From assembly GCA_021769625.1 (NCBI GenBank), contig JAETSN010000009.1:3052-67051 (forward strand): DNA of 64,000 nucleotides, given 5' to 3'. The stretch comes from [Clostridium] symbiosum (GTDB taxonomy: Bacteria > Bacillota > Clostridia > Lachnospirales > Lachnospiraceae). The position numbers and the translations under genes were made by a program. The notes below the pieces were generated by a model, which was not told where the DNA came from, ran no database searches, and worked only from the letters and a program-made list of their open reading frames with translations. Positions 9,113 to 18,561 of the stretch are shown here, one piece after another (position 1 is the first letter of the stretch; every line of letters begins with the position of its first letter).

Positions 9113-10186
9113 TTAATCACCGAAGCTGATGCCCAACAGTTTTGCCTCCTGAATGATATCGGAATCCGGCTCAACCATCTTCAGCTTGCCCGCAACATCT
9201 TCCAGAGGAACTTTTACGATCTCACGGTTCTTGTAGCCCACCATGAAGCCATATTCGCCGTTTAAGATCATGCGGCCTGCCTGCGCGCCGAGACGGCTTG
9301 CAAATACACGGTCGTAAGGGCAGGGGCTTCCGCCTCTCTGCGTGTGGCCGGGTACCGTGACACGCACATCCAGGCCGGTCTTTTTCTGAATCTTCTCAGC
9401 GATCTCATAGGAAACAGAGGGATAAGGATACTCTGCCATTTTCTTTTTATATTCTTTCTTGGAGAGTGCCGCATCCTCCTTGGAGATAGCGCCCTCCGCC
9501 ACTGCCAGGATCGTAAACTTGCTTCCTCTCTCGGAACGTTTGTTAATCGCCTCCACAACCTTCTTAATATCATAAGGAATCTCAGGGATCAGGATGATAT
9601 CCGCTCCGCCCGCCATACCTGCGTTCAGCGTCAGATAACCAACCTTATGGCCCATAACCTCCACGATGAACACACGTCCGTGGGAAGCCGCCGTAGTATG
9701 TATGCAGTCGATGCAGTCCGTCGCGATGTTCACTGCGCTCTGGAAACCAAACGTCATATCCGTGCCCCAGAGGTCATTGTCGATGGTCTTCGGCAGCGTC
9801 ACGATATTCAGCCCTTCTTCACGCAGCATATTCGCTGTCTTGTGGGTTCCGTTGCCGCCCAGGATCACAAGGCAGTCCAGACGAAGCTTATAGTAATTCT
9901 GTTTCATGGCCTCCACCTTGTCAAGCCCGTTCTCATCCGGCTCTCTCATCAGTTTAAAGGGAGTTCTGGAGCTGCCAAGGATTGTGCCGCCCTTTGTCAG
10001 GATACCGGAGAAGTCCGCCCCTGTGAGCATTCTGAAATTGCCGTAGATCAGTCCCTTGTAGCCCTCTAAAAAGCCATAGATCTCCACAGGTTCTCCGCTG
10101 TAGGATAAACTTTTTACCACGCCTCTCATTGCCGCGTTCAGTGCCTGACAATCTCCACCGCTGGTAAGCATACCGATTCGTTTCAT
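9113..10186 (-). CDS. pfkA: 6-phosphofructokinase (PfkA family)
   Basis: TSGGDCQALN, GGTILGSSR, ILGGNGT, PKTIDND, VEVMGH, GHTQRGG motifs. Confidence 0.95.
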   Translation of the reverse strand: MKRIGMLTSGGDCQALNAAMRGVVKSLSYSGEPVEIYGFLEGYKGLIYGNFRMLTGADFSGILTKGGTILGSSRTPFKLMREPDENGLDKVEAMKQNYYKLRLDCLVILGGNGTHKTANMLREEGLNIVTLPKTIDNDLWGTDMTFGFQSAVNIATDCIDCIHTTAASHGRVFIVEVMGHKVGYLTLNAGMAGGADIILIPEIPYDIKKVVEAINKRSERGSKFTILAVAEGAISKEDAALSKKEYKKKMAEYPYPSVSYEIAEKIQKKTGLDVRVTVPGHTQRGGSPCPYDRVFASRLGAQAGRMILNGEYGFMVGYKNREIVKVPLEDVAGKLKMVEPDSDIIQEAKLLGISFGD

Positions 10187-10311
10187 TTGATTTCCTCCTT
10201 CATACTGTTCATTTTTGCCATTTCCCGATCACCCGCAAAGTCCATTTGCCGTCAGCTTACGGCTGCTTATGCACCCTTAAGCCACATGATACTCGCAGTA
10301 AAGCTGCTCGT

Positions 10312-10359
10312 TAGCTTACGAAGTTCGCCCTTGCAAGCAAGCGAACTTCTTGTAAGCTA
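10312..10359. repeat. Imperfect long inverted repeat in the pfkA promoter/leader region
   Basis: TAGCTTACGAAGTTCGC (10312-10328) pairs with GCGAACTTCTTGTAAGCTA (10341-10359) with a small bulge. Confidence 0.8.
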
Positions 10360-10477
10360 CATTATAGTATATTTTTCCTGTCATCACAAGATTTTATTCT
10401 GCCGAAAAATCATGGAATTTTTCATGCAATATTTTGGAAATATCATTTAACCACCCGACCTGAAACTATTTAGGAAG

Positions 10478-11806
10478 TCATCTTTTTACCAAGATATTTT
10501 TTGTCATCCAGACCAGATAAAGCGGAATACTGTATGTCTCTGTTTTCTCCACCATATTTCTCCCAATATTTTTCATCGAAAATTTAAATCCTGCCTCCGG
10601 CTCATATTTTTTGCAGAATTGCCGGTAGCTTTTCGCCCTCGTGTGAAGTTCCGTCTTCGCCTCCACCGGAATGATCTTATCTTCATACTCAAACAGGAAA
10701 TCCAGTTCGGCCACATTCCCTGATCTCCAGAAATAAGGCCTTATATCCAGCGCTGTCAGTTCAGTCAGCACAAAGTTTTCTGTAAATGCCCCTTTAAAAT
10801 TCTTATACAACTCCGAATCTTCCAAAATCGTTCTGGCAGAGACTCCGGATTTTCTTCGAAGCAGCCCCACATCCGCCATATAGACTTTAAAAAAAGCCGC
10901 ATCCGCATAGAATGACAGCGGAAGTTCCGGATTTTTCGCCAGCTCCAGACGATAGACCAGCCCCGCATCCGTGAGCCATTCCAGCGCATCCTCCAATTCA
11001 CCTGACCGTTTTCCTTCTTTTACATGGGAAAATACAAATTTATTGTTGTCTTTCGCCAATTGTTTCGGAACGGAGTCCCATATCCATCCCAGTTTTGGAA
11101 TATCCGTTTTGGGCGCATGCTTCGCGAAGTCGTTTGTGTAATCAAGCAGAATATTGTCCTGCAGTCTTTCCACTTCCTCAACGATATGCGTCTGCGTCCA
11201 TTTTGCGACAGCCTCCGGCATCCCTCCGACAATATAATAATATTTCAGCTTTTTCTCCAATGCAGACGTATACAATTCCGGCAGTTCCCTCTCCGCCCCA
11301 TATCTCTGAACGCCTTCATAGAGAGCCTCCCCGCCGTCCGCCCTCAGAAATTCCGAAAATGTCATCGGATACATCCTGAGCCTGTCAACTTTTCCGACAG
11401 GGAATGATATATTGTCCCTTTTTACTGCCACACCCAACAGAGAACCCGCACAGATCACATGCAGCTCCCGCCTGTTCTCGCAAAAATATTTCAGGGAAGT
11501 GACCGCATTGGGACACGCCTGGATCTCATCGAAGATCACCAGAGTTTTTCCCGGTATGATCTCCTTCCCCCTGACAATATTGCCCAGTTCATCCAAAATT
11601 CTGTCAATATTATAATCATAGTCAAATACCGAAGAGAGCCCTTTATTCCCCTCAAAACTGAAATAAGCGGTGTCCTCAAAGTATCTCTCCCCGAACTCTT
11701 TGCAGACATAAGTCTTCCCGCACTGCCTCACACCGATGAGCAGCAACGGTTTCCTGTCCGTCCTGTCTTTCCACTCCACAAGTTTTTGCATGATATCTCT
11801 CTTCAA
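10478..11806 (-). CDS. AAA+ ATPase with DUF4143 and C-terminal PD-(D/E)XK-like domain (paralogue 1)
   Basis: GVRQCGKT, IFDEIQ, CAGSLLG, MYPMTFSEFL, YYIVGGMPE, ELDF...IPVEAK; TTG start at 11806 with RBS AAGGAGG. Confidence 0.88.
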   Translation of the reverse strand: MKRDIMQKLVEWKDRTDRKPLLLIGVRQCGKTYVCKEFGERYFEDTAYFSFEGNKGLSSVFDYDYNIDRILDELGNIVRGKEIIPGKTLVIFDEIQACPNAVTSLKYFCENRRELHVICAGSLLGVAVKRDNISFPVGKVDRLRMYPMTFSEFLRADGGEALYEGVQRYGAERELPELYTSALEKKLKYYYIVGGMPEAVAKWTQTHIVEEVERLQDNILLDYTNDFAKHAPKTDIPKLGWIWDSVPKQLAKDNNKFVFSHVKEGKRSGELEDALEWLTDAGLVYRLELAKNPELPLSFYADAAFFKVYMADVGLLRRKSGVSARTILEDSELYKNFKGAFTENFVLTELTALDIRPYFWRSGNVAELDFLFEYEDKIIPVEAKTELHTRAKSYRQFCKKYEPEAGFKFSMKNIGRNMVEKTETYSIPLYLVWMTKNILVKR

Positions 11807-11990
11807 ATCCGTCCTCCTTACGCCGCTTTGCCATTCCCTGCACATCCGGTTTCTGTAATATACAGTTTACCACATTTCTCCCCGAATTGCAGAAAAATGC
11901 AATAATTCATATGAATTTTTACATTTATTTTGTATTTTTCATATGAACAAACGCATTCTCGATAAAATATTTGATGCCTCAAAATATTAT

Positions 11991-12019
11991 TTGACTGTTT
12001 CGCCTTAAGCCGTTATAAT
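11991..12019 (+). promoter_or_regulatory. Sigma-A promoter of tRNA-Ser
   Basis: TTGACT (11991-11996), 17-nt spacer, TATAAT (12014-12019). Confidence 0.85.
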
Positions 12020-12032
12020 AGTTACAGCTTTT

Positions 12033-12120
12033 GGAGATGTACCCAAGTGGCTGAAGGGTCCGCACTCGAAATGCGGTAGGTCGGGCAACCGGCGCGAGAG
12101 TTCAAATCTCTCCATCTCCG
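12033..12120 (+). tRNA. tRNA-Ser (anticodon CGA)
   Basis: Acceptor stem GGAGATG/CATCTCC, anticodon arm CCGCA-CT-CGA-AA-TGCGG, long variable arm, T-loop GTTCAAATC; CCA not encoded. Confidence 0.97.
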
Positions 12121-12122
12121 TC

Positions 12123-12161
12123 AAAAGATCCGCTAAGGAGTATTGCCCCTGCGGATCTTTT
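12123..12161 (+). terminator. Bidirectional intrinsic terminator between tRNA-Ser and treC
   Basis: AAAAGATCCGC...GCGGATCTTTT stem between convergent genes. Confidence 0.85.
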
Positions 12162-12224
12162 CTCGTTTACTTTATATTTTACATGCTTACTTTATCGCCG
12201 GGTATTTTTCACCCTCCGCCCGGA

Positions 12225-13871
12225 TCACATATCCTTCTCCAGAACAATGCTCTCATAGGGCCTTAACCGGATCACATCCGTCCTGATCTCATCGTCTTCA
12301 TAGTTGCCGAGGATCTTCCGGTATCCTGCCCATGTGCCGCCTGCCGCAGCCTCCGTTTCTTCGGCGGTCAGATTGTTAAATACCGCAATGCTGCTGCCTT
12401 CACAGTCCCTCCGGTATGCAAGGATTCCTTCATTTTCCTTCTCCAAAAATGTGATTTTGCCTTCAGATATAACCTTACTGTCCTTTCTCAGGGCAATCAG
12501 TTTTTTATAGTAGGATAAAACGGAAGCCTCATCCCCTTCCTCTGCTTTTGCATTGATCGTTCCATAGTTTTCTGCAGGTTCTATCCATGGATTCCCCTCC
12601 GTGAACCCGGCGTTTTTTTCACCGGTCCACTGCATCGGCGTCCTCGCATTATCCCTCGACCTTGCCGCCAGTATTTCAAGCGCCTCTTTTTCGGTTTTTC
12701 CCTGCTTTAAGAGGATCTCATAGTAGTTCAGGCTTTCCACATCCCGGTACTGCGATATCTCCCGATAGTGCGGATTGGTCATTCCGAGCTCCTCCCCCTG
12801 ATAAATGTAGGGTGTTCCCCGCATCAGATGGATACATGTCGCAAGCATCTTTGCCGACTCTTTCCAGTATTTTCCCTCATCCCCGAGCCTCGATACGATC
12901 CTCGGCTGATCGTGGTTACACCAGAACAGGGCATTCCATCCGTTCTCGTCCTGCATCCGCACCTGCCACTTTTCAAACAGATTCTTCAGCGCCCGTCTGT
13001 CCGGCTCCATGAGCTCCCACTTGTTTCCGTCCCTGTAATCGACTTTCAGATGATGAAAACTGAAACACATGGACAGCTCCTTTTCCTGCGGATTGGAATA
13101 GCGGATGCAATCCTGCAGCGATGTCGACGACATCTCCCCCACCGTCACCATATCCCCGATTCCCGTATCCCTCACAAGCTCCTTCAGGTATTCATGGATA
13201 TGGGGACCGTCCGTATAGAACTTCCTGCCGTCGCCTTCAGGATCATCCTCAAACACTTCCGGTTTGGAGATCAGGTTCACCACATCAAACCGGAACCCCT
13301 TTACACCCTTCTTTTTCCAGAATCGAATCACTTTTTTCAGCTCTTCCCGCACTTCGGGATTATCCCAGTTTAAATCCGCCTGCGTCACATCGTACAGATG
13401 GAGATACCATTTGCCGAGCGACGGCACATATTCCCATGCGGGACCGCCGAATTTCGACTCCCAGTTTGTCGGGGCCTTACCCGCATCCCCTTCTCTAAAG
13501 ATATAGTAATCCTGATATCTTTTCTCACCTTTTAAGGCTTTCTGAAACCACTCATGGTTTGTGGAAGTATGATTGAACACCATATCCAGCATCACGCCGA
13601 TCCCTCTTTTTTCCCCTTCCGCGATCACATCCTCCAGATCCTGCATTGTCCCAAACCTCGGATCTATATTGCAGTAATCCGCAACATCATAACCGTTGTC
13701 ATTCTGCGGCGAACAAAACACCGGTGTAAGCCAAAGATAATCAATCCCCATTTCTTCCAGGTAATCCAATCTTTCTATGATCCCCCGCAGATCTCCCAGG
13801 CCATCCCCGTCTGAATCCTGAAAAGATTTCGGATAAATCTGATATACCACTTTATTTTTAAAATCCGCCAT
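12225..13871 (-). CDS. treC: Alpha,alpha-phosphotrehalase (GH13)
   Basis: VVYQIYPKSFQD, DMVFNH, GFRFDVVNLI, VGEM, WCNHDQPR; tre context. Confidence 0.92.
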   Translation of the reverse strand: MADFKNKVVYQIYPKSFQDSDGDGLGDLRGIIERLDYLEEMGIDYLWLTPVFCSPQNDNGYDVADYCNIDPRFGTMQDLEDVIAEGEKRGIGVMLDMVFNHTSTNHEWFQKALKGEKRYQDYYIFREGDAGKAPTNWESKFGGPAWEYVPSLGKWYLHLYDVTQADLNWDNPEVREELKKVIRFWKKKGVKGFRFDVVNLISKPEVFEDDPEGDGRKFYTDGPHIHEYLKELVRDTGIGDMVTVGEMSSTSLQDCIRYSNPQEKELSMCFSFHHLKVDYRDGNKWELMEPDRRALKNLFEKWQVRMQDENGWNALFWCNHDQPRIVSRLGDEGKYWKESAKMLATCIHLMRGTPYIYQGEELGMTNPHYREISQYRDVESLNYYEILLKQGKTEKEALEILAARSRDNARTPMQWTGEKNAGFTEGNPWIEPAENYGTINAKAEEGDEASVLSYYKKLIALRKDSKVISEGKITFLEKENEGILAYRRDCEGSSIAVFNNLTAEETEAAAGGTWAGYRKILGNYEDDEIRTDVIRLRPYESIVLEKDM

Positions 13872-14886
13872 AATAAAACTCCCGTCCCGATCTAACGTTC
13901 AGCACATCGCTTGCCATGCTGCCCGGCTGGATGGAAAGAATACCTGGCAGGCCGCCCACGCCGATCGCATTCGCCGTCGTGGAAGTCGCTACGCAGATGA
14001 CCGCTGCGATACCCGAGCCGATCATGCCGCTGACAAAAGGAAATCCATGCTTTAAATTTACACCGAAGATCGTCGGTTCCGTCACGCCGAGGTAGCAGGA
14101 GATACCCGCCGGAATATTTACTTCCTGTGCCTGCGCGTTCTTTTTCTGCAAAGCTGCCATACCCATCACCGCGGAGCCCTGTGCGATATTGGAGAGCGCG
14201 ATCATCGGCCACAGCATGGTTCCGCCGTAGTCCGCGATAAGCTGCAGATCGATGGCGTTGGACATATGGTGCAGTCCCGTGATGACAAGGGGCGCATAGA
14301 CCGTTCCGAATACCGCACCGAATATCACCTTAACCGGTCCAGTAATTCCTGCATATACAACCGCCGAAATGACGGAGCCGATCTTCCAGCCGATCGGTCC
14401 TAACACAAAGTGTGACGCCATTACCGCCAGCACAAGGCTGCAGAACGGGACAACGATCATGGAGACCACCTGCGGCGTTATCTTTCTGAAAAACTTCTCC
14501 AGATAGACAAGCGTAAATGCCGCCAGGATCGCCGGAATCACCTGCGCGAAAATCTCCGCAAGCGCCGTCACGATCCTCTGCAGCACATTCTGGTTTTTCT
14601 TTGCCGCCTGCTTCACCGCATCCTTGGAAACCCCTTCTATCCCTGCCGCCGCCACAAAGTCATTGTAAAAATCGGCTACCGTGTTGCCGATGATGACCTG
14701 AAACTGTCCCGACTGGGTAAAGCTTCCCTTCACCACTTTCATCTTTTCAATGGCAGCGACATCCGCCTTTCCCGGCTCCGCCAGCGCAAAACGCATCCTT
14801 GTCATACAGTGGGAAGCCGCCGCAATATTCTCTTTTCCGCCGACGAGTTTCAACAGTTCCCTCGCATCTGCTTCATACTTACCCAT
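13858..14886 (-). pseudogene. treB: Trehalose PTS EIIBC with an apparent in-frame internal deletion and aberrant C-terminus
   Basis: EIIB HCMTRMRF and GQFQVIIG present. The early EIIC motif (ALAEIF) is joined directly to a later one (AQVIPAILAAFTLVYLEK). 342 aa versus roughly 470 aa for characterised TreB/TreP; ends in a polar tail overlapping treC. Confidence 0.65.
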
Positions 14887-14949
14887 CTTTCTACCTCCAT
14901 CCTTGTCTTATTCTCTGACCACTTTGTTCTGACACATTTTGCCGGCAAA

Positions 14950-15032
14950 ACTTGTTTAAACATGTTACGATTCTTTTATATCATACTTGTTTGAACATGT
15001 CAACAACTTTTCCGAAATTTGTTTGAACAAGT
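14950..15032. promoter_or_regulatory. Three putative TreR operator palindromes
   Basis: ACTTGTTTAAACATGT (14950-14965), ACTTGTTTGAACATGT (14985-15000) and ATTTGTTTGAACAAGT (15017-15032) between divergent treB and treR; matches the TGT-N-ACA style of HutC/GntR boxes. Confidence 0.8.
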
Positions 15033-15179
15033 TGTTGATTTTTTGCAAAACGGGATTTATACTGGTATGGTAAGACAGTTTATTCCTTAAAATCATAACA
15101 CAGAAAAGACGCAAAAGTTCATATAGCATATATAAAAGGAAAGGACTTCCGGGCAGATGCTCCCGGACGCAGCGACAAC

Positions 15180-15911
15180 ATGCCTAAGAGTATTTATGAA
15201 GAAATTTATAAAGATTTAAAACAGAAGATCGAACAGGATATATTTCCTTATCAGGAACTGCTGCCCTCGGAAAATTCCCTGATCCGGACTTACAACTGTT
15301 CCAGAAATACTGTCCGCCGGGCCATCAGCCGTCTCGTCGCCGACGGATACGTGCAGACCATGCAGGGCAAGGGCGTGCGCAATATATACCGCCCCATCGG
15401 ACAGGCTGCCTTTACGCTGGGCGAGATTGAGACCTTCCGTGAATCCGCTATCCGAAACGGCCGGACCCCCCGCACGGAAGTCCTTCTGTTTACCGAGATC
15501 ACGGCGGATGAAAAGCTCTCGCAGCGGACAGGCTTCCCTGCCGGTTCTGTGATATACTACATCCAGCGCCTGCACTATCTGGATGGAATGCCGCTGATCC
15601 TCAACCACAACTATTTTTTAAAGGAATGTACGCCCGGGCTTTCAAAAGAGATCGCTGAAAACTCCATCTATCAATATCTGGAGAACGAACTCCATATGAC
15701 GATCGTAAACAGCCGCAGGATCATGACGGTTGAGAAGATGACCGAGATCGATGAGAAATATCTTGAACTGAACGCGGAAGATTACAACTGCATGGCGGTG
15801 GTCAGCAGCTATACCTACAACAGCGACGGCATCATGTTTGAATATACGCAGTCACGGCACCGCCCTGATTATTTTCATTTTCAGGACAATGCCGTGCGAA
15901 AATCCGGTTGA
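15180..15911 (+). CDS. treR: Trehalose operon repressor (GntR/HutC family, UTRA domain)
   Basis: LLPSENSL...SRNTVRRAI...QGKG HTH; C-terminal FEYTQSRHRPD; divergent from treBC. Confidence 0.92.
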   Translation: MPKSIYEEIYKDLKQKIEQDIFPYQELLPSENSLIRTYNCSRNTVRRAISRLVADGYVQTMQGKGVRNIYRPIGQAAFTLGEIETFRESAIRNGRTPRTEVLLFTEITADEKLSQRTGFPAGSVIYYIQRLHYLDGMPLILNHNYFLKECTPGLSKEIAENSIYQYLENELHMTIVNSRRIMTVEKMTEIDEKYLELNAEDYNCMAVVSSYTYNSDGIMFEYTQSRHRPDYFHFQDNAVRKSG

Positions 15912-15922
15912 GGATCTTTACT

Positions 15923-17509
15923 CTATTTCTGTATTTTTTCAATACTGCATGTATGCTTTTTTGTTTTTCTGTCGTAATTTATCCCGACAAGAAGGAGATT
16001 GCCCTGATAATCCTTCAATGCATCCATATAATGTCTTTCTCTGATCTGTGAGATTGCCCCGCATGCCGTCTTATCCCATTTCAGTTCAATGATGGCAGCC
16101 GGCTTGTCAAGATGCAGTTTTCTCGGAATATAGCAGATATCTGCAAACCCCTTGCCTCCCGGCATCTCACGGATGATCGTATAATACTCTCTCGCAAAGT
16201 AGAAAGCAAGATTTATGGTACAGCTCAATGCGTTTTCATCGTTATATTGAAGGATCGAAATCTCTTTATGCACCTGCTCAACACCTTCTGCTACCGCCTC
16301 TTCGTCCATTTCCCACAGCGCCTGAAGCAGCTTTCTGGAAGATTCCACGGAGCGCATCACCTCATGCCAGTCCATCGTGCTGATCGCGTTTACATATTCC
16401 TGTGAGACTTCCTTATTCGGAATGGCAACGGTTTCCCGAATGCTGTCATAGGTCAGATATCCGAGATGTGCCAAAAGTGTCAGCACATCATCCTTTGTCG
16501 CGAACGTGGTCATATCATTCTCAAAAGTCCCTGTGTTGATGCGGATCTCCTCGCCCGCCAGCATCCTGATGACCGCATCCTTCAAGCCGTCCATATTCAT
16601 CTGAATATACACCTTCAGCGCCTCATATGTTTCCGTCTGGTTCCAGTATGTCCCGTATTTATGCCGGAGCATCGCTTCCACAACAGACTTGGGGCTGTAC
16701 ATGGAATAGCATACATCTCCCTCTTTTTTATGGGAAACCAGCTGATAGCCGTCATACCACGCCTGCGCTTCCTCAAAGCTCATCTGATATTCCCCGCAGA
16801 GCGCTTTCACTTCCTCCTCCGTAAATCCGAAATATTCCGCAAGATTTCCCGGGTCTGTCATGGAGTATTCCGTGAACATGTTGAGCGCGGAGTGCGTACC
16901 GTATTTCTTGATCGGCAAGATCCCTGTCATATACGCCAATGCCACATAGTCTTTATCTTTCAGCCATGCGCGCAGGAAATCCAGATATTTTTTCTGGGCA
17001 TCTTTGTCCTGTCCGTATTCACGAAAAAGACAGTCCCACTCATCGATCAGGATAACAAAGGGGCACCGGGTGTGCGCGTAAATGTCCTGCATCACAAACA
17101 TTAAATTGTCATCATTCACATACTCAGGATATCCCCGTTTTAAGTCCGCGCTGATCCTCGACTGCAGCACCTGAAGCATCTCCTCCACGCTGTGCGTCAT
17201 GCTCAGAAAATCCTGCATATTGATCTTAAGGATATCATATTGATTCAGATGTGTCCGATACCCCTCCGTCTCAGCGACTGCCAGTTTATCAAACAGCCCT
17301 GAAGTATCCTCACTTCTCCCGTAATATGCCGACAGCATATCCGCCGCCATCGACTTTCCAAAACGCCTTGGCCTGCTGACACACATAAATTTCTGTCTGG
17401 TATTCAAAACAGCATTTGTCTTTTCGATCAGCAGAGTCTTATCCACGTATATCTCGGAATTCAGGCTCTCCGCAAATCCTTTGCTCCCCGGATTGAGATA
17501 GCTCCCCAT
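15923..17509 (-). CDS. AAA-family ATPase fused to a PD-(D/E)XK nuclease domain (AAA-ATPase_like + PDDEXK_9 type)
   Basis: YVDKT, SRPRRFGKS, ILIDEWD, YMTGILPI; C-terminal GKGFADICY...IIELKWD...LLVGINYD. Confidence 0.88.
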   Translation of the reverse strand: MGSYLNPGSKGFAESLNSEIYVDKTLLIEKTNAVLNTRQKFMCVSRPRRFGKSMAADMLSAYYGRSEDTSGLFDKLAVAETEGYRTHLNQYDILKINMQDFLSMTHSVEEMLQVLQSRISADLKRGYPEYVNDDNLMFVMQDIYAHTRCPFVILIDEWDCLFREYGQDKDAQKKYLDFLRAWLKDKDYVALAYMTGILPIKKYGTHSALNMFTEYSMTDPGNLAEYFGFTEEEVKALCGEYQMSFEEAQAWYDGYQLVSHKKEGDVCYSMYSPKSVVEAMLRHKYGTYWNQTETYEALKVYIQMNMDGLKDAVIRMLAGEEIRINTGTFENDMTTFATKDDVLTLLAHLGYLTYDSIRETVAIPNKEVSQEYVNAISTMDWHEVMRSVESSRKLLQALWEMDEEAVAEGVEQVHKEISILQYNDENALSCTINLAFYFAREYYTIIREMPGGKGFADICYIPRKLHLDKPAAIIELKWDKTACGAISQIRERHYMDALKDYQGNLLLVGINYDRKTKKHTCSIEKIQK

Positions 17510-17576
17510 ATATTTACCTCCTGTTGTTTTGCCCCTGCATTTACCGCAACGGTCTTATGCTGTTTTTATCAACCGT

Positions 17577-18458
17577 TTACTCCACTTCCACCAGTTCATA
17601 CTCCCTGCTGCCATATCCCAGCTCCGCGGCGGCTTCGATCGTGTGCACGCCGTGTCTCGATTCCACCCGCTCTATGAAATGATCCCTGCCCGGATCATCC
17701 GAAGCATAGATCAGATCGAGACACGCCTGATCCAGCGCCACAGGGTCGAGGGAAGACAAGATACCGATATCCTTCATGCAGGGATCCTCCGCCACTGCAC
17801 AGCAGTCGCAGTCCACCGAAAGGTTGCACATACAGTTGATATAGACAAGGTTTCCCTTAAAATAATCCACCACGGAACCCGCCGCGTCCGCCATCGCCTC
17901 ACAGAACGTATCCTGCGGCGCCACATGGCTCCAGAATCCCTCCTGTGTATCGGATTCCCCCGCGGAGTGGATCAGACATTTTCCGGCGGTGGAAGCACAG
18001 CCGATCGAGAGCTGTTTCAACGCTCCGCCGTAACCGCCCATCGGATGTCCTTTGAAATGCGCCAGCACCAGCATGGAATCATAGTCCGCAATATTTTTCC
18101 CGAGACGGTTCTCTTTCAGCGCCTTTCCGTTCGGGATCTCTACCGTCAGATCCGGTCCCTCCGCATCCAGAATATCTACGTGAAAGCATCCTGACCAACC
18201 GTGTTTTCTCATCAGCTGCCTGTGTTTTTCCGTCGTATTTCTCGCCCCGTCATAGGCGGTATTGCACTCCACGACGGTAGCTCCCACTCCCTCGATAACG
18301 GGCCGCCAGAATTCCGGGCGCAGGAAGTTCTGATTTCCGTCCTCCCCGGAATGCACCTTCGCCGCCACCTTTCCCGTCAAAGGCTTCCCCAGCATTCTGT
18401 ACATCTCCATCACTTTTTCCGGTGTGATCGTTTTTGTAAAATAAACTTTAGGTTTCAT
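17577..18458 (-). CDS. DUF362-family Fe-S protein
   Basis: KVHSGE, AHFKGHPMGGYGGALKQLSIG, CDCC cluster, SSLDPVALDQAC; start at ATG 18458 (RBS GGAGG). Confidence 0.85.
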   Translation of the reverse strand: MKPKVYFTKTITPEKVMEMYRMLGKPLTGKVAAKVHSGEDGNQNFLRPEFWRPVIEGVGATVVECNTAYDGARNTTEKHRQLMRKHGWSGCFHVDILDAEGPDLTVEIPNGKALKENRLGKNIADYDSMLVLAHFKGHPMGGYGGALKQLSIGCASTAGKCLIHSAGESDTQEGFWSHVAPQDTFCEAMADAAGSVVDYFKGNLVYINCMCNLSVDCDCCAVAEDPCMKDIGILSSLDPVALDQACLDLIYASDDPGRDHFIERVESRHGVHTIEAAAELGYGSREYELVEVE

Positions 18459-18561
18459 TATACCCTCCATATCCGTATACAATATAATATATTTATCTGG
18501 CTAATTTATATTCTATCCCAATATACGGAAATTGTCATCTGTTTTTTACGGCCGACTTCTC

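Noticed and set aside
12100-12225. Integrative element inserted at tRNA-Ser
   Set aside because: No duplicate of the tRNA 3' end and no integrase were seen in the window.
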